Shown: positions 1 through 7,881 of the stretch, one piece after another | How positions within the stretch are numbered: the first letter of the stretch is position 1 | Layout of the letters: each line of letters opens with the position of its first letter | Source of the DNA: an uncultured virus (IMG/VR IMGVR_UViG_3300029305_011567) | Taxonomy: Duplodnaviria; Heunggongvirae; Uroviricota; Caudoviricetes | Strand: one strand, 5' to 3' | IMG/VR virus record: IMGVR_UViG_3300029305_011567 | DNA length: 20,000 bases | Notes under the pieces: generated by a model | The model's database searches: none | Told to the model about the DNA's origin: nothing | The model's input: the letters and a program-made list of their open reading frames with translations, nothing else | Program-made: the position numbers and the translations under genes

Positions 1-23
1 CGACTTAATACTTGCGGTCTCAC

Positions 24-353
24 TTACTGAAAAATCTGCTTTACTTTCTGCATCAGCTCGTCCATATTGCCGCTTTCATGCGAACACACCAAACGGTACA
101 GCTGGTCGTAGGTGTCCCATGAATCCTGCGGTATGTGACAAGTATCCTGTGCCAGTATGTATAATTCCTCCAGTGCCAGACTGATCGCGGACAAAATACT
201 TTCGCGGAACTGTATGGCATGATGAAATGCTGCTTCTTTTTCTTCCTGTGTTTCGGTTTCCGTTACCTTATCCTGTATCACATCTACCAGCTTATCTGCG
301 GTCTGTAAAAATGCCACTATGGATAATGCGTATTCCTTTTCTGACTGTGCCAT
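24..353 (-). CDS. Hypothetical alpha-helical protein (109 aa)
   Basis: Open ORF with AAGGAG RBS (ctcctt ~360-365 on +), co-oriented behind the BlaI-like gene; no recognised motif. Confidence 0.75.
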   Translation of the reverse strand: MAQSEKEYALSIVAFLQTADKLVDVIQDKVTETETQEEKEAAFHHAIQFRESILSAISLALEELYILAQDTCHIPQDSWDTYDQLYRLVCSHESGNMDELMQKVKQIFQ

Positions 354-370
354 TCGGTTCTCCTTATTGT

Positions 371-721
371 CTATGATTCTGTTTTTATATTGCGGATGGT
401 TTCAATCAACTTATCCTTATCTCCGTTGTACCAATCCGTCAGGATGCTCTTGAGATTACCTTCGACATACTCACTGCTTTTTTTAAGCGGGCTGTAATAA
501 AAGGTTCTGCTTGAACGCACTCTCATGATATACCCTTTTTTATAGAGCCTTGCTAAAAAGGTGGAAACAGTCTGCGGTTTCCAGTTATACCCGTACCGTT
601 TATTTGCCCTTTCCGTGATCTCCAGCATAATCAGCTCCGTGCCGGAATCCCATAATACTTTCATTACCTGTGCTTCGCACATAGAAAGTTCTTGTTTCTT
701 ATACGCCCTTTCCTGTTTCAT
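371..721 (-). CDS. BlaI/MecI/CopY family winged-helix transcriptional regulator
   Basis: LSMCEAQVMKVLW...WKPQTVSTFLARLYKKGYI...FYYSPL matches the BlaI/CopY pattern (LS..E..VM.vLW...W...TV.T.L.RL..KG.i......Y.P); GGAGG RBS upstream. Confidence 0.9.
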   Translation of the reverse strand: MKQERAYKKQELSMCEAQVMKVLWDSGTELIMLEITERANKRYGYNWKPQTVSTFLARLYKKGYIMRVRSSRTFYYSPLKKSSEYVEGNLKSILTDWYNGDKDKLIETIRNIKTES

Positions 722-926
722 TTGTACCTCCCGTAATTACAAGTTTTTCCTGTTTTCTGCCAAAATAAGCTGACAGCCGCACTAATAGGCTGTCTGATAC
801 GCTTTTTGCCATAAACGGCTGTAACACAAACAGCGGTTTGGGTCTGCCGTTTACTTTACCTATACCGGCATAGTAAAGCAATGTGCCGTCGTCGTCTTTC
901 TTTCTGATGATGTTACCCATGTTCAT
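699..926 (-). CDS. Hypothetical protein (~75 aa)
   Basis: ORF overlapping both neighbours; GGGAGGG RBS (ccctccc 928-934) favours a start at 926 or 920 over 950. Confidence 0.65.
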   Translation of the reverse strand: MNMGNIIRKKDDDGTLLYYAGIGKVNGRPKPLFVLQPFMAKSVSDSLLVRLSAYFGRKQEKLVITGGTNETGKGV

Positions 927-1320
927 TCCCTCCCGTTTTAAAATGTGCAATCCATAATTTTTCTATCCGGTATTTTTGCATAAATTCCTGTATAGTCTGT
1001 TCAGGTTCATACATAGTGTCCATGTACTCCCGTAAAGTGAAGTAATCGGTTCGGCTTTTTAGCTTACAGCCAACCCGGTCAGCATAGGTAAAAAGCTGTG
1101 TCACCGGTATGGTTATGTCCAGCTGTCCGTTTGGATATATCCTTACCGCTCCTGCTGCCAAAAGCGACTGCATCTGGTCGATAATCATATAGAGAATATC
1201 CCCGGACGGTGCGGACTGTTCCATTTCCCACTTTACATAGGTGCTTTTGGGTACGCCAAGGTAATGTGCCGCATCTGCCTGTGTGAACCCTAACTGTTCC
1301 CGGCATTTTTTCAGATTCAT
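913..1320 (-). CDS. XRE-family HTH protein (135 aa) with unknown C-terminal domain
   Basis: MNLKKCREQLGFTQADAAHYLGVPKSTYVKWE...P is a canonical XRE HTH; start placed at ATG 1320 after AAGGGG RBS. Confidence 0.85.
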   Translation of the reverse strand: MNLKKCREQLGFTQADAAHYLGVPKSTYVKWEMEQSAPSGDILYMIIDQMQSLLAAGAVRIYPNGQLDITIPVTQLFTYADRVGCKLKSRTDYFTLREYMDTMYEPEQTIQEFMQKYRIEKLWIAHFKTGGNEHG

Positions 1321-1333
1321 TTTGCCCCTTTCT

Positions 1334-1372
1334 TTTAATTTTTGTGGAAAGTTTTTTTTCACAAAAATTAAA
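1334..1372. repeat. 13-bp perfect inverted repeat (TTTAATTTTTGTG / CACAAAAATTAAA); operator or hairpin
   Basis: Arms 1334-1346 and 1360-1372, between the XRE start and a rightward promoter. Confidence 0.7.
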
Positions 1373-1401
1373 TTGAATCCCACCCTCTATATCTGCATAA
1401 T
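1373..1401 (+). promoter_or_regulatory. Putative sigma-A promoter TTGAAT-N17-CATAAT
   Basis: Near-consensus hexamers, 17-bp spacer, upstream of GAAAGGA RBS and ATG 1436. Confidence 0.55.
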
Positions 1402-1435
1402 AATAACTATCAGTTATCTTGAAAGGATGATTTTT

Positions 1436-1630
1436 ATGTCAGTTTCGTGTGATATTACAAATAATCAGGTCCGGCTTGCTTCTTTTGGCATGGTTTTACA
1501 GGTACTTGATTCGGTGAAAGATTCTTATGCCAATTCCTTTGTGATCCTGCCGGACGGTTCCCGCCTTGATTATGCTATGGCGGTGTCCCTTGTAGAAGAC
1601 AGTGTTTCTAAACTGTTTTCCAATGGATAA
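1436..1630 (+). CDS. Small hypothetical protein (64 aa), opposite to surrounding genes
   Basis: GAAAGGA RBS (1421-1427) then ATG 1436, own promoter; fills the gap between two minus-strand genes. Confidence 0.7.
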   Translation: MSVSCDITNNQVRLASFGMVLQVLDSVKDSYANSFVILPDGSRLDYAMAVSLVEDSVSKLFSNG

Positions 1631-1976
1631 TGCTTTGTTCCGGCACATGCACGGAGCAGATACGTATGTTTTCCTTCGTTCTTGCACCGATATCCTTTTC
1701 CTTATCCGCATACCCACACACCGGGCTTCCTGTAGCTTTTTTGACGCGGTATGCGCAGTAACTACACAACACATTTCCTACCGGGTATAACCCATCCGGA
1801 TGTTCTTCTATGATTTTGTCATAGTTTAATTCATTTTTTGCCGTCTGCGCGGCCTTCCGGTTTGCGTAACCGAGTGCTCTTGTCGCTTCGGTTACGGTGT
1901 ATCCCTGCTTTATCAAATCTTTCGCAGCTTCTATCTCTTCCCTACGCTTTTTTGACTGTTGTCTTGTATAATTCAT
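1608..1976 (-). CDS. HTH plus Cys-motif (putative metal-binding) phage-type protein
   Basis: AAKDLIKQGYTVTEATRALGY is HTH-like; C-terminal CSYC...CGY...CSVH; AAGGAGG RBS. Confidence 0.75.
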   Translation of the reverse strand: MNYTRQQSKKRREEIEAAKDLIKQGYTVTEATRALGYANRKAAQTAKNELNYDKIIEEHPDGLYPVGNVLCSYCAYRVKKATGSPVCGYADKEKDIGARTKENIRICSVHVPEQSIIHWKTV

Positions 1977-2001
1977 GGTAGCCTCCTTCTATTTTTATAT
2001 A

Positions 2002-2030
2002 ATTTTAATCAAATTTCGTACATAATTCAA
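2002..2030 (-). promoter_or_regulatory. Putative sigma-A promoter TTGAAT-N17-TAAAAT for the 1976 gene
   Basis: Hexamers at 2025-2030 and 2002-2007; phased A-tracts upstream (about 2055-2090). Confidence 0.6.
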
Positions 2031-2282
2031 TACAAATTTGCATTATATTATATGCTTTTTATGTTTTTTACATGCTTTTCGTGTTTATTTGAGTGTTTCT
2101 GTGCCGATACCGGCAGAAAGAGGTCTGATTTGAATATATCGCAGTTGTCAAAACTATCCACTGGTAATATATTCCTTTTCATAGTATGAAACTATGGCAG
2201 CAGGTACTTAACCTTTCTATTCCACATATTATGCTGTTATTGCTGCAATGCCCGCGATTTAGTGTGAGTCTATACCATTCAT

Positions 2283-2336
2283 ATAATAGTTCCGTTTGGT
2301 CTTGTTGTCAACTTTCTAATTGCCATATTGGCAATT
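2283..2336 (-). promoter_or_regulatory. Leftward promoter TTGACA-N17-TATTAT plus adjacent palindromic operator AATTGCCA-TAT-TGGCAATT
   Basis: -35 at 2306-2311, -10 at 2283-2288; perfect 8-bp inverted repeat at 2318-2336, upstream of the divergent XRE gene. Confidence 0.65.
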
Positions 2337-2385
2337 GTATTGATATGAAAATGAGCTAATATAAAGTTAGCTGGAGGTGGAGGAT

Positions 2386-2715
2386 ATGTTTACAGAAATT
2401 AAGAATATGAGAAAAAAGAAGGGTCTGACACAACTGGAAGTTGCGAAGGCACTGCACTGTGATGTGACTGTGTATAGCAGATATGAACGTGGAGACAGGG
2501 AACCGTCTATTGATATTCTCATGCGCCTGTCTAAATTTTACAGTGTCAGTATTGACTTTATTGTTGGGAATACAAACTGTGGCATGTTGTCTCTTACCAA
2601 ATACGAAACAGACCTGATTATAGCATCCAGAGAAGCCGATGAGCGTGCCAGAGAAGATGCACTTGATATGCTTATCAGACACAGGATCACAAGGAAAAAA
2701 ATGCAACGTGCGTAG
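2386..2715 (+). CDS. XRE-family transcriptional repressor (CI/ImmR-like, 109 aa)
   Basis: IKNMRKKKGLTQLEVAKALHCDVTVYSRYERGDREPSIDILMRLSKFYSVSIDFIVG; GGAGG RBS before ATG 2386. Confidence 0.92.
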   Translation: MFTEIKNMRKKKGLTQLEVAKALHCDVTVYSRYERGDREPSIDILMRLSKFYSVSIDFIVGNTNCGMLSLTKYETDLIIASREADERAREDALDMLIRHRITRKKMQRA

Positions 2716-2843
2716 TCAGGAAAAGGAATATTTACTATCTTTCTTAATAATTCTTCTTAGATAGTATCTGCCAATATGTTCGGCCATACCACTATAATTC
2801 ACTCATTATAGATGCTTTCCGTGTGTTACGCCGCCTTTATCTG

Positions 2844-2890
2844 AAAAAAAATAAGCGACCATTCTCAAATTAATGAAAGTCGCTTATTTT
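2844..2890. terminator. Bidirectional intrinsic terminator between convergent XRE genes
   Basis: AAAATAAGCGAC (2848-2859) ... GTCGCTTATTTT (2879-2890) with A/T tails on both sides. Confidence 0.75.
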
Positions 2891-2974
2891 ATCTATTTAT
2901 TTTCTATTCGATTTGTAACGTTTCCGTACTACGGTGTTGCGTTTTTGATCATTATCCTATCTATCCCATAGTTT

Positions 2975-4003
2975 TTATAATAAATACGTATTTTCTGCAT
3001 CAATCATGTCGTTCACAAACTGATCGACTGTCTGTGGTATTTTATTATAGTTTACGGCAGATGCTTTTGTCCGGATATACGTAATATACTCCAAACGTTC
3101 ATATTCTGACAACCGCTCATCTACAATACTGCTTTCAGGAATTTCATGCACTATAAATTGCGAAGAATCATTTATCTGCTGCAGCTTCTCACGTACTTCA
3201 TGCGGGAGCGACTCGTCATCCATCAGTTCTCTTAACTTTTGGCGGCTGAGTATAATTGTGTTATCATTCTGCTTCAGATGTACTTCAAGGTACTTTTTTT
3301 CCTGATCTGTCAAATTCGGTTTTCTTGAAATGCAGATGCGCATTGCTGTAGGTCTTTTATTATTCCTTGATGATACTGTAACCACACTGGCCATCCATGC
3401 ATTCAGTCTTTCGTATGATAAAGAAAAGATCATGAAACTAATATCACCTTCGTTGTTACAAAGATAGCAATATGCACTCCGTGCGATACGTGAAAAAAAC
3501 AGTATTCCGGTGTATGTCTGCCCTGTTTCCAAGGACATGGATGCTTTGCATCTGCCACCATCTCCTCTTTCAAAAGTCAGCGTACCTTTTACCAGCCTAT
3601 TTCCTCTTGGATCATTGGACTGATAAAAATACGTATGGAATGTGTCAATATATTGGGTAAATTCCGGCTCTTTCGGACTGGTAATAAATCTTGTTTTTGA
3701 TTCCCTTGTCCCCCTTATCATAGCATTTTCTACATTCATCGCTGGAGGAGATATAAGTTGTGTAATACTTACCTTAAAAACTTTGCTCAACGCATATAAA
3801 TGCAGCAGATCCATGGTTTTACCAAGTTCCATATTAGAGATCATTGTCTGCGATAAAGGTACATTATTAACAATACATGCCTGACTTAAATCCTTCTGTG
3901 CCCAGCGCCGATTTTTTCTTAATCGGCGTATGTTATTTCCAATAATCTGTCGAAAATCTTCTGGCGTCTGTTCTATACGCACTATATCCTCTGGTCGTAT
4001 CAT
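2975..4003 (-). CDS. XRE-family HTH regulator with large beta-rich C-terminal domain (342 aa)
   Basis: IGNNIRRLRKNRRWAQKDLSQAC...SQTMISNMELG...LSKVFKVSITQLI HTH; AGAGGT RBS; C-terminus unassigned. Confidence 0.85.
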   Translation of the reverse strand: MIRPEDIVRIEQTPEDFRQIIGNNIRRLRKNRRWAQKDLSQACIVNNVPLSQTMISNMELGKTMDLLHLYALSKVFKVSITQLISPPAMNVENAMIRGTRESKTRFITSPKEPEFTQYIDTFHTYFYQSNDPRGNRLVKGTLTFERGDGGRCKASMSLETGQTYTGILFFSRIARSAYCYLCNNEGDISFMIFSLSYERLNAWMASVVTVSSRNNKRPTAMRICISRKPNLTDQEKKYLEVHLKQNDNTIILSRQKLRELMDDESLPHEVREKLQQINDSSQFIVHEIPESSIVDERLSEYERLEYITYIRTKASAVNYNKIPQTVDQFVNDMIDAENTYLL

Positions 4004-4078
4004 AATTAAATACCTCTTTCGTAATTACTGTATATACTTAATCATAGTTGTTGGAATTTGTCAATTTTTGTAGTTTAA

Positions 4079-4189
4079 TTATGCAAAATTTGCATAAAAG
4101 ACAACGATTATTCGGATTTTGAATAGAAAGAACTAAATATGCATAAATATAGTGGAAAATTTGCAAAATTTAACAAGATATGCAATAAT
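4079..4189 (+). promoter_or_regulatory. Operator palindrome TTATGCAAA-A-TTTGCATAA with related copies, and rightward promoter TTGCAA-N17-AATAAT
   Basis: Perfect 9-bp arms at 4079-4097; related AAAATTTGCAAAA overlaps the -35 (4161-4166); -10 at 4184-4189 with TG extension. Confidence 0.6.
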
Positions 4190-4214
4190 AACGGTGAAAT
4201 TCGTCGAATTGAAC

Positions 4215-4413
4215 AGGCAGGAAAAAGAAGCACCGCCGGCAAGCATACGCTTCTTTTCCTGAACCCCCTTTGCTACTCCCAAAATTACATTTGTTTCGTA
4301 GCTGTGGATGATTAATCAAAAAGCCGCTCGATGAGCAGTTTCCTTGAACCTCTCCACGTCTGTGTATAGTACCAAACGAGTCGTCCTCGGACAATCGTTT
4401 TTGTAATACGCAC
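4215..4413 (-). ncRNA. Candidate ~200-nt small/antisense RNA (sRNA-A)
   Basis: Leftward promoter TTGAAA(4443-4448)-N17-TATTAT(4420-4425) with TG extension and phased upstream A-tracts; ends at hairpin CAGGAAAAAGAAGC/GCTTCTTTTCCTG (4218-4261); no credible RBS-linked ORF. Confidence 0.45.
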
Positions 4414-4507
4414 AGATTGATAATAGCATATAATTTTGCGGTTTTCAACAACTTTTTTGAATTTTTTTAAACTTTTTTATTTTATACAAGACAAGGAGGA
4501 ATTGGTA

Positions 4508-5203
4508 ATGATTAACCCATTAAAACTTTTTGAAAATTTTGGTAAAGTAATTTCCTTGTTCAAAGGACTTGTTTCATTTTTAGCAAATCACAAAAAATGG
4601 CTAAAGCTCACCACTATTGTGTTGCTATCCGATGCGATTGTGGCTATAACCACCTCTTATCTGCTATTTAATTATGTTTTAAATGAAACGTCCCAGCAGG
4701 AAACTGTAAGTGTTCCCGTTTTTTATAGTGCTCGAAACAATAACCTAGACACAGATTGGGAATATTGTTATACCCTCAGACTAAACGGGATAGCGGAGCC
4801 TTTCACCGTCTGCCCTTACCCTTACCTCAGAGTAGAAAACAGGCTAACCCAAGACGTTGTAATCATAAACCTCAACAATGTTTTTACCAAAGATCTCTAT
4901 ACCTCAGAATACAACGAGTGCCAGCTTTATTCTACCGTGGAACTGGATCATTTGGAACAACTGGTGGCAGACCAGCTTGACGCTTCCCTATACGATGTAC
5001 AGGCGGATATTCTCTACCAAGTCTCCGTCTCCATTGAAAACATTCCACACGATGAGTATGTCCTGCACAACAATGGGCAAGCAATCTACTACGATGGCAG
5101 CTGGTATAATGAAAATATTGTTATCGAAAGCATTGATGCCGCTTTGTTTGCTGAACGCCAGAAATACGTTTTAGCTGAAATCACTAATTATTTTATCGAA
5201 TAG
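4508..5203 (+). CDS. Single-pass membrane protein with acidic soluble domain (231 aa)
   Basis: AAGGAGG RBS before ATG 4508; hydrophobic LTTIVLLSDAIVAITTSYLLFNYVL after KKWLK. Confidence 0.8.
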   Translation: MINPLKLFENFGKVISLFKGLVSFLANHKKWLKLTTIVLLSDAIVAITTSYLLFNYVLNETSQQETVSVPVFYSARNNNLDTDWEYCYTLRLNGIAEPFTVCPYPYLRVENRLTQDVVIINLNNVFTKDLYTSEYNECQLYSTVELDHLEQLVADQLDASLYDVQADILYQVSVSIENIPHDEYVLHNNGQAIYYDGSWYNENIVIESIDAALFAERQKYVLAEITNYFIE

Positions 5204-5215
5204 GAGGAAATTATC

Positions 5216-6460
5216 ATGAGTTACCAAAAGATTGCCTTTATGCTTTGCATTGCCAGTATCATTACGCTGATTTTAATGGTCATCGCTTTAATTTTATGGC
5301 TTGTTCGCAAACATCGTGACTATTATTACTATAAAGATATCGGTGCAAGTACGGGCGCGCATTGCATGGAAAACTGCGATAAAATTTGCAGAAGCATTGT
5401 TATCAGAAGTATCGTTGCAATAGTCATTACGGTAACACTATGTGTTTTACTGATCGTGTTTTACCTGTATTTTTACAGTTTTTGTTTTTCCTCCAACCAA
5501 AATCAAGAGGAGACTCGTACCGGGTACCATGAGCTGGAAGAGATTTTTACTGCAATAGAAACCACCAATCAGCTGATGCAAAATAGTGGCAATAGCTGGA
5601 CTGTCATCCTGACTACTCAGTTGGGTATTGACGAAGCTTTCGTTTTAACTACAGAAACAGATTTTACCACTCTTCGACATGAATTTTATGCTGACGCATG
5701 GGATTTAATCACAGAACAACCTTCTGCTTCATCCGACATCCTTGATTTTGCATATACCTATGGCATCTACTATGGCATCAAGGAAGTGGACTGTGACTCT
5801 TTCGCAGAACTGGAAAAGCAGCGGCTTTCCGTTGAATCGCAGCTTAAACTGTCAGATCGTCTATCCCCTGCAAATACCTCTTTATATAAGCAGGAAATCT
5901 CTATCCGTCTGCGCGGTATGGTAATTAACGGATACGATGCAGAAGAGGTTTATTACGCTGCGTGTGCGGCTCACAACGTGTACTTATCTGGACGCGCTGA
6001 AATGTCCTTTGCCGAAGCATCCTTGTATTTAACTCTGGCATATCGGCTCTACTTATTAAGTCTTCAGATGAGTGACGAAAAAGACAGTGTCATCCTATAT
6101 GCCGCCGAGGAAGTATTATATACCATCACACGGCTCGACGAGGAACTACGTTATGATACTGAACTGGCAAGTACATTCCTTGATGATTACGAGCTACCAT
6201 TACTGCTCTATGCAGAAGCTTATGGCCAGCTGTCGGTAGACCCGTTTTATACGACCTCACTAACAAGAACCAAGTCGTATCTGCTTCGATATGGAGGCGA
6301 GATTTGTTATATCTTAGGTGTTCACTATGGAATGACCGATGCACTGGACGTCTGTATCTCCTATTATGAACAATATCTGAGTACACTCGCTGTTGATTCT
6401 GCTGAGTATAACCAGATCTATGCTGAGATTCTGAAAGCTTTAAACCGAAAGGAACAATAA
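5216..6460 (+). CDS. Two-TM membrane protein with large helical (possibly TPR-like) domain (414 aa)
   Basis: AGGAGG RBS; two long hydrophobic segments in the first ~90 aa; Ala/Tyr/Leu-rich helical C-terminus. Confidence 0.85.
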   Translation: MSYQKIAFMLCIASIITLILMVIALILWLVRKHRDYYYYKDIGASTGAHCMENCDKICRSIVIRSIVAIVITVTLCVLLIVFYLYFYSFCFSSNQNQEETRTGYHELEEIFTAIETTNQLMQNSGNSWTVILTTQLGIDEAFVLTTETDFTTLRHEFYADAWDLITEQPSASSDILDFAYTYGIYYGIKEVDCDSFAELEKQRLSVESQLKLSDRLSPANTSLYKQEISIRLRGMVINGYDAEEVYYAACAAHNVYLSGRAEMSFAEASLYLTLAYRLYLLSLQMSDEKDSVILYAAEEVLYTITRLDEELRYDTELASTFLDDYELPLLLYAEAYGQLSVDPFYTTSLTRTKSYLLRYGGEICYILGVHYGMTDALDVCISYYEQYLSTLAVDSAEYNQIYAEILKALNRKEQ

Positions 6461-6481
6461 ATAATGACTAAAATCTAGTAA

Positions 6482-6515
6482 AAGCAGTTGTTCGGTGTGC
6501 AACTGCTTATTTTTT
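6482..6515 (+). terminator. Intrinsic terminator of the 4508-6460 operon
   Basis: AAGCAGTTG-ttcggtgtg-CAACTGCTT followed by ATTTTTT. Confidence 0.75.
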
Positions 6516-6548
6516 GTTTTCTGTTCTTTCAGGCAGTTGCCCATGATA

Positions 6549-6635
6549 CACAAAAAAGCGGCAACGTAATTTTGGGGGATTACGAGCCACTTTTTGTTAA
6601 ACGTAAAGCCGAGAACCATAATGGTTAACCTTACC
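6549..6635 (-). ncRNA. Candidate ~85-90-nt sRNA with C-rich loop (sRNA-B)
   Basis: Consensus TTGACA(6665-6670)-N18-TATAAT(6641-6646) with TG extension; terminator hairpin AAAAAGTGGC-TCGTAAT-CCCCCAAA-ATTACG-TTGCCGCTTTTTT. Confidence 0.55.
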
Positions 6636-6666
6636 TTTGTATTATATCACTGAACCTTCTATAATG

Positions 6667-7491
6667 TCAATTGAACGTGTACGTACCTGTGTCCGCCTCC
6701 AATTCAATTAAAACAGCATTATGATCTGAAAGGTTTGCATCACAACAATTCACAATCTGCATTCCCTTTATGCAGGAATATGCTCTATCAGTAGCCAGTG
6801 CATAGTCTATTCTGGTAAAATAAAGGTATGTATATGCCTTTTCAGAGCCACCTCTTGCAATCCACACATCTTTCATACCTGCTGCCAGTAGCTTATTACG
6901 GCTATTCAGCATTTCTTCCCCAAGTACTGTGGTTGGATTATCTGCGGCATTCAGGTCCCCTATGATAATCAGTTCCTTGCCTGCATATGCCTTGCTCTTT
7001 TGGCGTAATGCATCCCAATATATCTTACTGTTTTTATAAGGTATGTGAATTCCGATAATTACAATGTTTCTGTACTGGATCTCACACCAACGATAAAAAC
7101 CGCCTATTTCAGATGGTGTCGCCACACTGATACATGTGTGCGTTTTCTTTATAAACATGACCGTTATACTATATCTACCGGATTCGATTGTATCCCTTGC
7201 ATCCGGCAACACTTCCCGGTACCCGGCATGTGCCATGCTCATACGAAACTCTACTCCAGCCGGCGCATGATAATCAAATTCCTGCAATACCATCATATCC
7301 GGTGATATGGAGCGCAACTTCTCGGACAGCTTGAGTGCTGTATGGATTCTGTTCGGATGATTCTGATATCTTTCTACTTCGTAATGATAGAATGGCCAAT
7401 CAACTTCCCCTTGAACCTTGTAATCATCAATGATAGGTTTTTTGGCGTTTGAACCACCAAAATTATTCACGTTTAAACTGATAATCTTCAA
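6667..7491 (-). CDS. Endonuclease/exonuclease/phosphatase (EEP, ExoIII/DNase I-like) family protein
   Basis: Motifs KIISLNVN, DMMVLQE, IIIGDLN, RIDY, SDHNAV all present; TTG start with GGAGGG RBS. Confidence 0.92.
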   Translation of the reverse strand: MKIISLNVNNFGGSNAKKPIIDDYKVQGEVDWPFYHYEVERYQNHPNRIHTALKLSEKLRSISPDMMVLQEFDYHAPAGVEFRMSMAHAGYREVLPDARDTIESGRYSITVMFIKKTHTCISVATPSEIGGFYRWCEIQYRNIVIIGIHIPYKNSKIYWDALRQKSKAYAGKELIIIGDLNAADNPTTVLGEEMLNSRNKLLAAGMKDVWIARGGSEKAYTYLYFTRIDYALATDRAYSCIKGMQIVNCCDANLSDHNAVLIELEADTGTYTFN

Positions 7492-7509
7492 TACATTACC
7501 CTCCTTTTC

Positions 7510-7881
7510 TTAACTGTGGAAACCCATTTTCGTGCCAAATGCTTCATGAGCGCAGTTATGAAATTCGACTACATTTTCACCCGTTTCATTTTTTACCGCA
7601 ACTTCAATGTGAATTACGGCTTTGCTGTCCATAAACTCATGCTCCACATAGCAAGCCTTGATTTCTGCACAATCCGGGATGTTGTCGATGGCTTCACACA
7701 CCATGGTTTTTACGGTTATTTTATCAAATACGTTTCCCTTTGTATATAATCTCTTATATTCTTCCTCATCCTTAAAATCCGGAGACGAATACTTACTCTG
7801 TTGATTTTTCTTTGCAAGCACATCAAACCTAATCAGTGAACGTGGTGTAGTATCTACTCCCGGTATCTCATTTTTCTTCAT
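7510..7881 (-). CDS. Hypothetical protein (123 aa)
   Basis: Overlaps upstream CpXC gene, AAGGAG RBS. Confidence 0.75.
   Translation of the reverse strand: MKKNEIPGVDTTPRSLIRFDVLAKKNQQSKYSSPDFKDEEEYKRLYTKGNVFDKITVKTMVCEAIDNIPDCAEIKACYVEHEFMDSKAVIHIEVAVKNETGENVVEFHNCAHEAFGTKMGFHS

Noticed and set aside
2169..2731. 12-bp inverted repeat (ATATTCCTTTTC / GAAAAGGAATAT) flanking the XRE gene
   Set aside because: Short and AT-rich with no target duplication or transposase; compatible with chance.
4170..4451. 93-aa minus-strand ORF
   Set aside because: Its TTG start coincides with the -35 box of the antisense promoter, it has no RBS, and it runs through hairpins; better explained as non-coding.
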